Numbered from the stretch's first letter, positions 9,876 through 19,913 are shown. The stretch is 64,000 nt of DNA from Alphaproteobacteria bacterium (GCA_017471705.1 JAFUSH010000040.1:19915-83914); one strand, 5' to 3'. The notes: a model not told the origin generated them from the letters alone. Numbers and translations: made by a program.

Positions 9876-9905
9876 ATCTTTTGTTTAAATTTTTTATTGT
9901 GAACT

Positions 9906-9934
9906 CTTGCATAGGAAAAATCGACTCCCTATAT
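9906..9934 (+). promoter_or_regulatory. RpoH (sigma32)-type heat-shock promoter of dnaK
   Basis: CTTG (9906-9909), 17 nt, then CCCTATAT (9927-9934). This matches the CTTG-N17-CCTATNT type consensus. It lies ~35 nt upstream of the dnaK ATG. Confidence 0.55.
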
Positions 9935-9969
9935 ACAGTTTTAGAAAAGTAAAAAGGAGGATTTTTTCT

Positions 9970-11880
9970 ATGAGTAATAAAGTTATAGGTATTGATTTGG
10001 GTACAACCAATTCTTGCTTTGCCGTTATGGACGGTAAAGAAGCCAAAGTTTTGGAAAATTCCGAAGGGGCGAGAACAACTCCTTCTATGGTGGCATTTAC
10101 CGATACCGAGCGCTTGGTCGGTTATCCTGCAAAACGTCAGGCGGTCACCAATCCTGAGAATACCTTGTTTGCTATTAAAAGATTAATCGGACGTCGTTTT
10201 GATTCGGCAGAAGTGGCAAAATTTAAGGAACATTCACCGTTTAAAATTGTTTCCGGTGATAACGGTGACGCTTGGGTGGAAGCAAAAGGGCAAAAATATG
10301 CTCCGTCACAGATTTCAGCAATAGTTTTGCAAAAAATTAAGGAATATGCCGAAAGTTATTTGGGTGAGAAAGTAGAAAAAGCGGTGATTACCGTTCCGGC
10401 ATATTTTAACGATTCACAGCGTCAGGCTACCAAAGATGCCGGTAAAATCGCCGGATTGGAAGTTCTGCGTATTATCAACGAGCCGACAGCGGCAGCGCTT
10501 GCTTACGGTTTGGATAAAAAAACTTCCGGTACAATCGTAGTTTATGACTTGGGCGGCGGTACTTTCGATGTTTCTATTTTGGAAATCGGCGACGGCGTGT
10601 TTGAAGTTAAGGCTACTAACGGTGATACATTCTTGGGCGGTGAAGATTTTGACCAAAGAATCGTTAATTATTTGGCTGATGAGTTCAAAAAAGAGCAGGG
10701 TATTGACTTGCGTTCCGACAGATTGGCTTTGCAGCGTTTGAAAGAAGCCGCCGAAAAAGCTAAAATAGAACTTTCGGCTACTACACAGACCGAAGTTAAT
10801 TTGCCGTTTATTACCGCAGACAGCACCGGTCCTAAACACTTAAATATTAAATTAACCCGCGCTAAACTGGAATCTTTGGTGGAAGATTTAATCGAGAAAA
10901 CAGCAATTCCTTGTCAAAAAGCTTTATCAGATGCCGGTTTGAAAGCCAGCGACATCAGCGAAGTTATTTTGGTCGGCGGTATGACACGTATGCCGAAGGT
11001 TCAGGAAAAAGTTAAAGAGATTTTCGGCAAAGAACCGCATAAAGGCGTTAATCCTGATGAAGTTGTAGCTGTTGGTGCCGCTATTCAAGGCGGTGTGCTG
11101 ATGGGTGATGTTAAAGATGTATTGCTTTTGGATGTTACCCCGCTGTCACTCGGTATTGAAACTTTGGGCGGTGTGTTTACGCGTCTTATTGACCGTAATA
11201 CCACTATTCCGACCAGAAAATCACAAGTATTTTCAACTGCCGAAGATGGACAAACCGCAGTTACCATTCGCGTGTTCCAAGGCGAACGTGAAATTGCCGC
11301 ACACAATAAATTGCTCGGTCAGTTTGATTTGGTGGGTATTCCTCCGGCGCCGCGCGGTATGCCGCAAATCGAAGTTACCTTTGATATTGACGCCAACGGT
11401 ATCGTGAACGTTTCGGCGAAAGATAAGGCAACCAATAAAGAACAGGCTATCCGTATTCAAGCTTCCGGCGGATTGAGCGAAGATGAAATCAATAAGATGG
11501 TTAAAGATGCCGAAGCTAATGCCGAAGCCGATAAACAAAAGAAAGAAGTGGTTGAGGCTAAAAACCGTGCTGAAGGTTTGGTTCACGAAGTTGAGAAAAA
11601 CCTGAAAGAGTTCGGCGATAAGGTTTCTGATGCTGATAAAGAGAATATCAAAAAAGCAGTTGAAGATACCAAAGCGGCAATGGAAAAAGAAAATCTGGAA
11701 GATTTGAAATCCAAAACCGATGCCTTAATGCAGGCTTCAATGAAACTCGGCGAAGCGATGTATAAGTCGCAGCAAGCGCAAGGTGCGCAAGGTGCGGCTC
11801 AGGGTGCCGATACCGGTTCTGCCGGAGAAGCCCCTAAAGATGAAAATGTGGTGGATGCCGATTTCGAAGAAGTCAAATAA
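9970..11880 (+). CDS. dnaK: Chaperone DnaK (Hsp70)
   Basis: [15 protein letters not shown]..., DLGGGTFD and [11 protein letters not shown] motifs. I chose ATG 9970 behind an AAAGGAGG SD rather than the track's start at 9907. Confidence 0.95.
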   Translation: MSNKVIGIDLGTTNSCFAVMDGKEAKVLENSEGARTTPSMVAFTDTERLVGYPAKRQAVTNPENTLFAIKRLIGRRFDSAEVAKFKEHSPFKIVSGDNGDAWVEAKGQKYAPSQISAIVLQKIKEYAESYLGEKVEKAVITVPAYFNDSQRQATKDAGKIAGLEVLRIINEPTAAALAYGLDKKTSGTIVVYDLGGGTFDVSILEIGDGVFEVKATNGDTFLGGEDFDQRIVNYLADEFKKEQGIDLRSDRLALQRLKEAAEKAKIELSATTQTEVNLPFITADSTGPKHLNIKLTRAKLESLVEDLIEKTAIPCQKALSDAGLKASDISEVILVGGMTRMPKVQEKVKEIFGKEPHKGVNPDEVVAVGAAIQGGVLMGDVKDVLLLDVTPLSLGIETLGGVFTRLIDRNTTIPTRKSQVFSTAEDGQTAVTIRVFQGEREIAAHNKLLGQFDLVGIPPAPRGMPQIEVTFDIDANGIVNVSAKDKATNKEQAIRIQASGGLSEDEINKMVKDAEANAEADKQKKEVVEAKNRAEGLVHEVEKNLKEFGDKVSDADKENIKKAVEDTKAAMEKENLEDLKSKTDALMQASMKLGEAMYKSQQAQGAQGAAQGADTGSAGEAPKDENVVDADFEEVK

Positions 11881-12086
11881 AAAACTCGTATAACGGGCTA
11901 TTACTTGAAAGCTTTCTTGCTTATGTACCTTTTGTTGTACACTGCGCAAGAAAGCTTTCTTCGTACTATCCTCGTTCTCCGAGTTTTTTGCGAAAAAGTC
12001 TTTTTCTGTTGGTCTCGTTATACGAGTTTTTCTGTCCTTAAGAAAGCTTTCTGCGTACTATCCTCGTTCTCCGAGTTTTTTGCGAA
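11881..12086. repeat. Composite intergenic repeat block downstream of dnaK
   Basis: A 47-nt direct repeat occurs at 11948-11994 and 12040-12086 with 1 mismatch and a 92-nt period. A 15-nt inverted repeat, AAAACTCGTATAACG (11881-11895) / CGTTATACGAGTTTT (12017-12031), is also present. GAAAGCTTTCTTGC (11907-11920) pairs with GCAAGAAAGCTTTC (11946-11959). There are three CTCG-N5-CGAG+T-run mini-hairpins. Confidence 0.8.
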
Positions 12087-12146
12087 TACACCGCGACAGT
12101 CGGCAAACTGCGTATATGAGACATTATAAGAGTCTTTTGTGCAGTT

Positions 12147-13454
12147 CTAAATCTTCAGCAAAATCGGATTTTTAATTTCCGGTTTAGTGTCGGAAATTTC
12201 AATAGCAGACAATAAATTTTGTTTGGCTTTTTCGTATTGTTCTTCGCTTTGATAGTGAACCATTGCCAATGGTTTGTTATTATCCGCATAATCACCGATT
12301 TGTGCAAATTCCGAATATCCGGTAGATAAATCAAGTTTTTGTTCCGGTGCGGTGCGACCGCCTTTCATTTCAATAATACTCAAGCCGACGGCTCTGGTAT
12401 CCATTGCACTTACATAGCCTGATTTTTCTGAGAATATCGGTTTTTGATGAGCGGCTTTCGGCAGATAGGTTTCATATTTTTCGACAAAGTCTTTCGGACC
12501 GCCCAAAACAGATACCATAGCAGCAAATTTTTCCAATGCCGCTCCGGAAGCAATAACCTTTTCAATCAGCGAATCGGCGGTGTTTTCGTCGGCACAGCGT
12601 TTGCATTTAATCAATAATTCTTTACAAAGAGTTTGCGTAATAGTATTAAGGCGCGAATCGATTTTTTTGCCCTGCAGATAATCTACCGCTTCCTTAACTT
12701 CCAATGCATTACCGACGGTTGTTCCCAAAACTTGATTCATATCGGTCAAAACGGCACGGGTTTCTGTGCCTGCTCCGTTTGCAACATCAACTATGGATTG
12801 CGCCAAGTTTTTGGCATCTTCAAAATTATTCATAAAAGCGCCGTTTCCGCATTTTAAATCCATAACCAAATACTGTAAGTCAGCGGCCAATTTTTTTGAA
12901 AGAATCGATGCGGTTATTAAAGGAATTGATTCTACAGTAGCGCAGACATCGCGGACGGCATATATTTTTTTATCGGCCGGAGCCAAAGAAGCGGTTTGCC
13001 CGATGATGGCACAGCCGACATTTTTTACGGTTTTCTTAAACAAATCTTTATCGGCTTGGGTGTTATAGCTTGGAATTGCCTCCAGTTTATCAACCGTTCC
13101 GCCGGTATGTCCTAATCCGCGTCCGGCAATCATCGGAACATATACATCGCAAGCTGCCAGAATCGGAGCCAACATTAAACTGACTTTATCACCGACACCG
13201 CCGCTTGAGTGTTTATCGACAATAGGCTTATCAAATTCATTCCACTCCATTTTATCTCCGGAATCGCGCATTGCCAAAGTTAAATCAATGGTTTCACGGC
13301 GATTAAATCCGTTTAAAAATATTGCCATAGTTAAAGCTGCTATTTGTACATCGTTAACCGATTTGTTGATAATGCCGTTAACAAATTCATTGATTTGCTC
13401 TTTTGATAGCTCGTTTTTGTCGCGTTTGCAGCGGATGATTTCTTGCGGTAACAT
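12147..13454 (-). CDS. deoA: Thymidine/pyrimidine-nucleoside phosphorylase
   Basis: 435 aa with VDKHSSGGVGDK and the TGRGLGHTGGT-like segment IAGRGLGHTGGTVDKLE. Confidence 0.9.
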   Translation of the reverse strand: MLPQEIIRCKRDKNELSKEQINEFVNGIINKSVNDVQIAALTMAIFLNGFNRRETIDLTLAMRDSGDKMEWNEFDKPIVDKHSSGGVGDKVSLMLAPILAACDVYVPMIAGRGLGHTGGTVDKLEAIPSYNTQADKDLFKKTVKNVGCAIIGQTASLAPADKKIYAVRDVCATVESIPLITASILSKKLAADLQYLVMDLKCGNGAFMNNFEDAKNLAQSIVDVANGAGTETRAVLTDMNQVLGTTVGNALEVKEAVDYLQGKKIDSRLNTITQTLCKELLIKCKRCADENTADSLIEKVIASGAALEKFAAMVSVLGGPKDFVEKYETYLPKAAHQKPIFSEKSGYVSAMDTRAVGLSIIEMKGGRTAPEQKLDLSTGYSEFAQIGDYADNNKPLAMVHYQSEEQYEKAKQNLLSAIEISDTKPEIKNPILLKI

Positions 13455-13457
13455 CTG

Positions 13458-14255
13458 TTAATCCTCTTCCAAAAATTTTTGAATAAGCATACCGAGTTTA
13501 ACTGATGATTTTTGCACCTGTTGCAACACATCATCGTGGTCTTGCTGTTTATCGGTAAGTCCGGTGCAAAGATTGGATATGACGGAAATTCCCAAAATTT
13601 TTATGCCTTTATGAACCGCCGATATAACTTCGGATACGGTTGACATACCCACGGCATCGGCTCCGAATGATTGAAACAACCGTACCTCGCTTTTGGTTTC
13701 ATAATTAGGACCTAAAACCATCATATAAACACCTTCCGGTACAGTAATATTTTCTTGAGCCGCAATTCTTAAAAATTTTTGCCGCATATCATAGTCATAG
13801 GCGTTGCTCATATCAGGAAAATACGGAGCTTCGTGTTGTCCGATAAGAGGGTTAAGACCGCTTAGATTAATATGGTCACGGATAAGCAGTAAACTGCCGG
13901 TCGGAAGCGATGTTCTGAGCGAACCTGCGGCATTGGTGACAATCATTTGCGTAATTCCCAACTTTTTCAGCATAAGAATAATTGCATCAATAATTATCGG
14001 ATCTATACCTTCGTAAAAATGAAAACGCCCCTGCAGGCACAGTACATTGTGTTTGCCGATTTTTCCGGCATAAAAACGTCCTTCGTGTCCGGCAACCGTA
14101 GGAGTAGGAAATTCGGGAATTTCAGAATAAGGTATGATGAGAGGATTTTTAATTGCAGAAATCAGTCCCCCCAAACCGGAACCCAAAATGATGGCTGTAT
14201 CAGGCTGAAAATTTTCCAGTTTGTTTTTAAGATATTCAAAAGCATTTTCTAGCAT
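13458..14255 (-). CDS. punA: Purine nucleoside phosphorylase (trimeric PNP / PunA type)
   Basis: 265 aa with AIILGSGLGG, GRFHFYEG and GADAVGMSTVSEV motifs. Its stop is 3 nt from the deoA start. Confidence 0.85.
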   Translation of the reverse strand: MLENAFEYLKNKLENFQPDTAIILGSGLGGLISAIKNPLIIPYSEIPEFPTPTVAGHEGRFYAGKIGKHNVLCLQGRFHFYEGIDPIIIDAIILMLKKLGITQMIVTNAAGSLRTSLPTGSLLLIRDHINLSGLNPLIGQHEAPYFPDMSNAYDYDMRQKFLRIAAQENITVPEGVYMMVLGPNYETKSEVRLFQSFGADAVGMSTVSEVISAVHKGIKILGISVISNLCTGLTDKQQDHDDVLQQVQKSSVKLGMLIQKFLEED

Positions 14256-14647
14256 TTTATGTCTCCCGCTTTAAAATTATGGGGCAACAATTGTTGCAAA
14301 GTATATGTCTTGATATTACCGTTTAAATCGGCACTGTGAATCATTGTTTTTTCGGTGCCGAATTCGGCGATTTTTTGTAAACAGTTGCCGCAAGGTAAAA
14401 TACATTCGGTATCGGCAATTATTAAGATTTCGGTGATGGTTGTTTCACCGTCTGCAATCATTGCCGCAACAGCTCCGGCTTCGGCACAGGTTCCGCAAGG
14501 ATATGAAGCATTTTCAACGTTACACCCTCCGTAAATTTTGTTGTTTGCGGTTAAAACGGCGGCACCTACTTTAAACTTTGAATAAGGAGCGTAAGCATTA
14601 AGACGGCAATTTTGCGCTACTTGTAAAAGTTCATTTTTCATAGCCAT
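14249..14647 (-). CDS. cdd: Cytidine deaminase
   Basis: 132 aa with zinc motifs CAE (GTCAEAGA) and PCGNCLQ. It overlaps punA by 7 nt. Confidence 0.9.
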   Translation of the reverse strand: MAMKNELLQVAQNCRLNAYAPYSKFKVGAAVLTANNKIYGGCNVENASYPCGTCAEAGAVAAMIADGETTITEILIIADTECILPCGNCLQKIAEFGTEKTMIHSADLNGNIKTYTLQQLLPHNFKAGDIKC

Positions 14648-14743
14648 ATTTTTTACTCCGAAGTTGAAAAATGTGTTGATTTATTGTAAGAATATTATAC
14701 ATTAAAAGTCAAGAATATCTTAAAATCAATGAGGGAGACGTTG

Positions 14744-17700
14744 ATGAAGAAAATAATTTTGATATCTTTATTGATAGTGATTTTGGCGGTTGGCGGCTTT
14801 TCGTTTTATTTATCTAAAATGGATTGGAACGTGCATAAAGAGAGGTTGGCCGCGCAACTTTCCGAAGCTATGGGAAAGAAAATTAATTTTTCGGGTAATT
14901 TAAAAGTAGAGCTTTTCCCTCATCCGCAACTTTCGGCAAATGACGTTGAGATTATCAATCCGCAAAATAACGAGAGATTGGCGGTTATACATAAATTGGA
15001 TACCGAAATCACATTGTCATCTTTGTTAAAAAGAAAACCCGATGTGCAATCTCTCTCAATGGACGGGGTTGAAGTTTGGTTTAAGTTTGATGAACAGGGT
15101 ATCAGTAACTGGCATCAAAGCAATAAATCCGTTTCATTTACGGAACAATCCGGTTTTAATTTGCATAATTTCGGTATTCAGAAATCAACAGTTCATATAA
15201 ATCATCAAAAATACAATATTGCATTTGATTTAACGAACTTTAATGCCGATGTTCAAGCAGCGGGTATTGACGGACCGTATCGTATGGACGGAAGCTTTTT
15301 GAAAGATAATGAACGATACGGAATAGCATTAAGCGTAGATTCATTATCTCAACTGGAAGATGTCAGTATGAGTTTGGCAATTACTCATCCGCAAACCGAA
15401 AGTAAATTTCGTTATGACGGCAGCTATAATGCTTCGGTTGACGGTATGAAAGGGGTTTTAAGCGGACAATCGCAAAGAACGGCAGATTGGGTTAACAGTA
15501 TTTTGGGTGATAAAATTATACGCGATGAATACAACGAGCCGATTATTTTTTCGGCAGATGTCGAATCCGATACCATAACAACCGTTTTGAATAATTTGGT
15601 AATAAAATTTGATAAATTGTTTGAAGGAGCCGGAAAAGTAAATATAACGGCACCTTCAAAAGATAAAAAAAGAAAGGTCGATATAAAATTCCAACTTGTT
15701 AATTTAAATTTTCGCCCTTTGAAGAAGCTTATTTCGGATAATTTTAAAGAAATTCAAAAAGGACGAAAATATGAGCCGGATACCAATTTCGATTTATCTT
15801 ATGATATATCATCAGAGAGAGTGATTGTAAGCGATGGTCCTTTGGGGACTTTTGAGAATGTTATGGCCAAAGGAAGATGGACGGATAATATTTTTAATTT
15901 GGATGACTTTTATGCGGCTTGTCCGGGAAATATTGTTTTGAGCTTGAAAGCCGGATTAACCGAAAAAGAAAGTGAGCCGAATTATTATATCGATGTGGAT
16001 ATTAACGGTCAGAATTTACTTTCGTTTATAAATGCGTTGGGATTTAAATTGAAATCTCCGAAACAATCATCTTATCGTGAAGCCGATCTTAAGTTCAGCG
16101 TACAGGGTGACGGCAACGTCATAAATATTGTCGGCAGCGAATTGAAATTGGATAAAGCCAAAATTGATGCTAAAGTATCAATTGATATGGCAAATTATGA
16201 ATACTATTTTGAGATTGATGCCGATACATTAAACTTGGATAATTATATTTTTCCGCTGACAACGGAAGACGATGAAACTATGCAGGAATTGATAGTGGCG
16301 GATACCAAACGTTTTGAATGGATTAAAAATAATAAAGCGGAAGTATCGGTTAGAGCTAAAAGTGCGACGTATAAAGGAATTTCCGGTCGTAATTTTGAAG
16401 TAAGTTTTGTCACCGACGGAGCCGGATTGATAACTGTTGAGTATGCATCAATCGAAAATATGTTGAATAGCGGTATCGAACTTTCGGGAATTATAAATAA
16501 TTTCGGTGATGATAATATGAGTTTCAGCGATGTAACCTATGATATAAAGTCTTCCAATATTAAATTATTGGCGGATAAACTGGGTATCAGATTGCCGAAA
16601 TGGCCGATTTTTGAACAAAGTAATTTTACCGAAACCGGTGTTTTGGTCGGAAATTTACAGAAAATTTTGGTAAATTCCCAAACCAAAGCGGGAGAGCACT
16701 CTTTCAGATATGACGGAATATTAAACGAAAGTGACGGAAAGTTGGATTTTGACGGTGAAATGCTGCTTAAAACCGGACATATGGAAAATTTACTTAAATT
16801 ATTGGTCGGCAATATAAGCGGTAAAGTATACAGAGGTCCATTGGTCGCAAACGCAAAAGTAAAAGGTAATGCCCAAAACTGGACGGCAGAAAATGCCGAT
16901 ATTCAGATGGGTATTGATAAGTATACGGCAAATGTTAACATTTCGGAAAGCGGAAAGATTTATAAAATTACCGGAAATGTTAAGACTACTGAACTCAATT
17001 TACAAAATTGGATAAACGTGCAGAGAACCAGAACACTGCCTAAGTTAAGTACCGCCGAAGAAAATAATTTTATTGCTCAGCCGAATTTTAACGGAGATGT
17101 TATAAATTACAACAGTTATAAGAGTGTGGCTCTGGATATTGATTTGAACGCGCAAAAGAGTTCGTACGGCGATTATGCTATGAGCAACTTAAAAACTCAT
17201 ATATCAAATGAACAAAACACTTTGCTGTTCCAAAATTTGAGTTTTGAAAATAAAAATCATAAGGTATCGGGTTCTTTGCAAATAAGTTATGCTCAAACTC
17301 CGCAAATGAAGGGGAAACTGCTTATAACGTATCCTAAAATTATGAATCTGGGCGGAAAAATCTATTCTCTGAATTTGGAAAATGTTGCGATAGATACTGA
17401 TTTCGAAACTTCGGCCGAAACGGTTGCCGATATGGTAAAAGGGCTAAAAGGTAAGGCCTCTGTTTCCGGTGATTCTTTGAAATTTAAAGGTATAAATTTA
17501 GATGTTATAGAAAAAGATTTGCAAAGCAGAGAGTATTCAAAGGGATTATACCAATTAATCAGAGAAAATATTCAAAGCGGTGAAACATCTTTCGGAAAGT
17601 TTAAATCAGATGTCGTGATGAGTAACGGAGTTGTAACGTCTTCACAAAGCGTTTTCAAAAACGATACAACAAATTTAAATGTCAGCGGAAGCGTTAATTT

Positions 17701-18946
17701 GAAAGAATGGAAGATTAACGAGGTGTTCACGGTAAATTATCCTGATTTAAAAGATATTCCAAGTTACTCATTTTCTTTTACTGGTATGCTTAATAAGCCT
17801 GCGGTTGATATAAGAATTGAGGAAATAGCAAACAAATATGACAGTCACTGGAAGAAAATAGAAGAAGAGCAAAAACAGAAACAAGAGGAAATCAGACAGC
17901 AACAGATTGAAAAAATCGAAGAATTGCAAGGTAAAATATCTACGGTGTCGGAAAAAGCAACCACAGTGCTGAAAGAAGCTGAGGATAGTATGAGTAAACG
18001 TCTTACGGATGCTATTGTCGATAAGTATAAAGCCAAGATAGAAGAAATTAATACCATAAACAGCTCTATGGAAGATATTAAAGTTAAACTATCAGGTAAT
18101 ATAACCGATGAAGATATAGTAACTTACGGCAACGATATTGAAAATTATAATTCGCAGCTTTCCGGTATTTCTTTTGAAATTCAGGCTTGCAATCAGGAAG
18201 ATGTTGACAATAGAAAAAGCGAACTTACGGAGCGAAATAATGATATTTATTCTAAGGCAAATAATTTGTATAATGAATTTAAAGATATGTGGAGAGATGA
18301 CAGTGAGCAACTGTCACAATACAATTCTTTGAATTATCTTAACGAAAATGAAGATTTGAATGATAAAAACTTATTGCTTCAGGAAAATAAGGATTCGATA
18401 GAAGCTGTTTATTCCGATGTGATGAATAAATTCAATCAGTTGGATACGGCAGAAAAAGTGAGCGAAAAACACGAACTGGCAGTGTCTATTGATAAGTTGA
18501 TTAATCAGCAGGAAGATATATATTCACAAATGCAAGGTATTCGCAAATCCGTATCTGAAAGTTTATTACGGCTTATAGATGAAAGACGAAAGTCTTTTGA
18601 AGAACAGAAACGTCAAGAAGAGGAAGAAAGACAAAAACAGGCCGAGATAGATGCTCAGAATTTGCTTATAAACAATAATCCGAATCCGGTTGTTGACGAT
18701 TTACCTGAAATTATGGAAAATATAAGTATTTCAGCGGAGCAAAACGATACCGGAAATGATGCAATTCAGGATAATAATATTGAGCAAAATACGGTATCAT
18801 CGCCGGTAAGCCGAGGGAGAATAATTACCCAGTATGATAAAAATAAACCTGAAAATACACAGGATAATAAACCGACGGGAAGCGGGTTACTTACTCCGGT
18901 TGACGGAGCCGTGCAAAAAGTAAGCGGAAGTATCAGTGTAAAATAA
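14744..18946 (+). CDS. AsmA-family outer-membrane biogenesis protein with a long C-terminal coiled-coil / low-complexity extension
   Basis: N-terminal TM anchor (MKKIILISLLIVILAVGGFSFYL) followed by ~1000 aa of AsmA-like beta-rich sequence. The final ~370 aa are E/K/Q/N-rich. Start set to ATG 14744 behind a GAGGGAG SD. Confidence 0.75.
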   Translation: MKKIILISLLIVILAVGGFSFYLSKMDWNVHKERLAAQLSEAMGKKINFSGNLKVELFPHPQLSANDVEIINPQNNERLAVIHKLDTEITLSSLLKRKPDVQSLSMDGVEVWFKFDEQGISNWHQSNKSVSFTEQSGFNLHNFGIQKSTVHINHQKYNIAFDLTNFNADVQAAGIDGPYRMDGSFLKDNERYGIALSVDSLSQLEDVSMSLAITHPQTESKFRYDGSYNASVDGMKGVLSGQSQRTADWVNSILGDKIIRDEYNEPIIFSADVESDTITTVLNNLVIKFDKLFEGAGKVNITAPSKDKKRKVDIKFQLVNLNFRPLKKLISDNFKEIQKGRKYEPDTNFDLSYDISSERVIVSDGPLGTFENVMAKGRWTDNIFNLDDFYAACPGNIVLSLKAGLTEKESEPNYYIDVDINGQNLLSFINALGFKLKSPKQSSYREADLKFSVQGDGNVINIVGSELKLDKAKIDAKVSIDMANYEYYFEIDADTLNLDNYIFPLTTEDDETMQELIVADTKRFEWIKNNKAEVSVRAKSATYKGISGRNFEVSFVTDGAGLITVEYASIENMLNSGIELSGIINNFGDDNMSFSDVTYDIKSSNIKLLADKLGIRLPKWPIFEQSNFTETGVLVGNLQKILVNSQTKAGEHSFRYDGILNESDGKLDFDGEMLLKTGHMENLLKLLVGNISGKVYRGPLVANAKVKGNAQNWTAENADIQMGIDKYTANVNISESGKIYKITGNVKTTELNLQNWINVQRTRTLPKLSTAEENNFIAQPNFNGDVINYNSYKSVALDIDLNAQKSSYGDYAMSNLKTHISNEQNTLLFQNLSFENKNHKVSGSLQISYAQTPQMKGKLLITYPKIMNLGGKIYSLNLENVAIDTDFETSAETVADMVKGLKGKASVSGDSLKFKGINLDVIEKDLQSREYSKGLYQLIRENIQSGETSFGKFKSDVVMSNGVVTSSQSVFKNDTTNLNVSGSVNLKEWKINEVFTVNYPDLKDIPSYSFSFTGMLNKPAVDIRIEEIANKYDSHWKKIEEEQKQKQEEIRQQQIEKIEELQGKISTVSEKATTVLKEAEDSMSKRLTDAIVDKYKAKIEEINTINSSMEDIKVKLSGNITDEDIVTYGNDIENYNSQLSGISFEIQACNQEDVDNRKSELTERNNDIYSKANNLYNEFKDMWRDDSEQLSQYNSLNYLNENEDLNDKNLLLQENKDSIEAVYSDVMNKFNQLDTAEKVSEKHELAVSIDKLINQQEDIYSQMQGIRKSVSESLLRLIDERRKSFEEQKRQEEEERQKQAEIDAQNLLINNNPNPVVDDLPEIMENISISAEQNDTGNDAIQDNNIEQNTVSSPVSRGRIITQYDKNKPENTQDNKPTGSGLLTPVDGAVQKVSGSISVK

Positions 18947-18967
18947 AAATTTAACAAGGAGAGAGAA

Positions 18968-19858
18968 ATGACCAAAAGACCAGAAGTGTGTGTGTTACCC
19001 GTAGCGGGGCTTTCCACGCGTAATTTACCTACAACCAAAGTTTTACATAAAGGGTTTATGACTCTTGATAATAAACCGGTTATTCAGTATGCCGTAGATG
19101 CTTGTGCCGAAGCAGGAATCAAAGAAATAGTGTTTATATACAGTGATGATGCGTGTAAGCATATGTTCAGTAAGTATTATTCTCCGTTTCCGGAATTGGA
19201 GGAACATTTGGTCAAAAAGAAAAAAGATGATTTGCTGAAAGCCGTAAAAGAAATAATTCCGGCCGGTATGAAATTTTCTTTTGCGCGCCAAAGCGAACCT
19301 AAAGGAAACGGTCACGCTGTTTTAATGGCTAAAGAAATTATAGGTAATCGTGATTTTGCCGTTATGTGGGTTGATGATGTATATATAAATTTACACGGTG
19401 ACGGGGTTATGAAGCAGTTAGCCGATGTTTATGAAGAAAAAGGCGGAATTGTTGAAAATATTATGGAGTGTCCGCGTGAAGAAATGGTGCGTTACGGTGC
19501 TTTGGTGGGGGCAAAACGTGAAGGCAATGTTGTACGGGCAACCGGTTTGGTGGAAAAACCTAAGCTGGAAGAAGTTCCTTCCAACTACGCCTCGATGGGA
19601 CCATATATTATTCCGAATGAAGTCTTAGATATATTGCCGGAAGTAACTAAAGGTTCAAATGGGGAAATAAATCTTACCGATGCGCTTAATTTGGCAGCAA
19701 TGAGAGGTATGCCGATATATGGTGTTTTAACTAAAGGTATGCGTTTTGACTGCGGTACAAATGTTGACTTGCAGAAAGCTAATATAAAATTGAGTTTGAT
19801 GAACAGCGGAGAATTGAGAGCATATACGCGTAATTTGCTGGATACAATGGATATATAA
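18968..19858 (+). CDS. galU: UTP--glucose-1-phosphate uridylyltransferase
   Basis: VLPVAGLSTRNLPTTKVLHKGFMTLDNKPVIQY and VEKP motifs. Confidence 0.85.
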   Translation: MTKRPEVCVLPVAGLSTRNLPTTKVLHKGFMTLDNKPVIQYAVDACAEAGIKEIVFIYSDDACKHMFSKYYSPFPELEEHLVKKKKDDLLKAVKEIIPAGMKFSFARQSEPKGNGHAVLMAKEIIGNRDFAVMWVDDVYINLHGDGVMKQLADVYEEKGGIVENIMECPREEMVRYGALVGAKREGNVVRATGLVEKPKLEEVPSNYASMGPYIIPNEVLDILPEVTKGSNGEINLTDALNLAAMRGMPIYGVLTKGMRFDCGTNVDLQKANIKLSLMNSGELRAYTRNLLDTMDI

Positions 19859-19882
19859 TTAAAGCGTATTTTAGTAAAAAAC

Positions 19883-19910
19883 ACGCCCCTTGCTTTTCGG
19901 CAAGGGGTGT
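19883..19910. terminator. Bidirectional terminator between convergent genes
   Basis: CCCCTTGC (19886-19893) pairs with GCAAGGGG (19900-19907), extended by flanking pairs. A-rich on the left and T-rich on the right. Confidence 0.6.
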
Positions 19911-19913
19911 ATT

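Noticed and set aside
9907-9969. N-terminal 21-aa extension of DnaK suggested by the ORF track
   Set aside because: It would start inside the sigma32 promoter. The canonical [15 protein letters not shown] start at 9970 has a perfect AAAGGAGG SD.
11948-12086. 47-nt direct repeats as a possible mini CRISPR array
   Set aside because: There are only two copies and no cas genes. The repeat contains terminator-like hairpins with T-runs. The 45-nt spacer itself shares inverted repeats with flanking DNA.
11905-12129. 74-aa ORF spanning the repeat block
   Set aside because: It has a TTG start without SD. The 92-nt repeat period puts the two repeat copies in different frames, so the repeat is not conserved at protein level.
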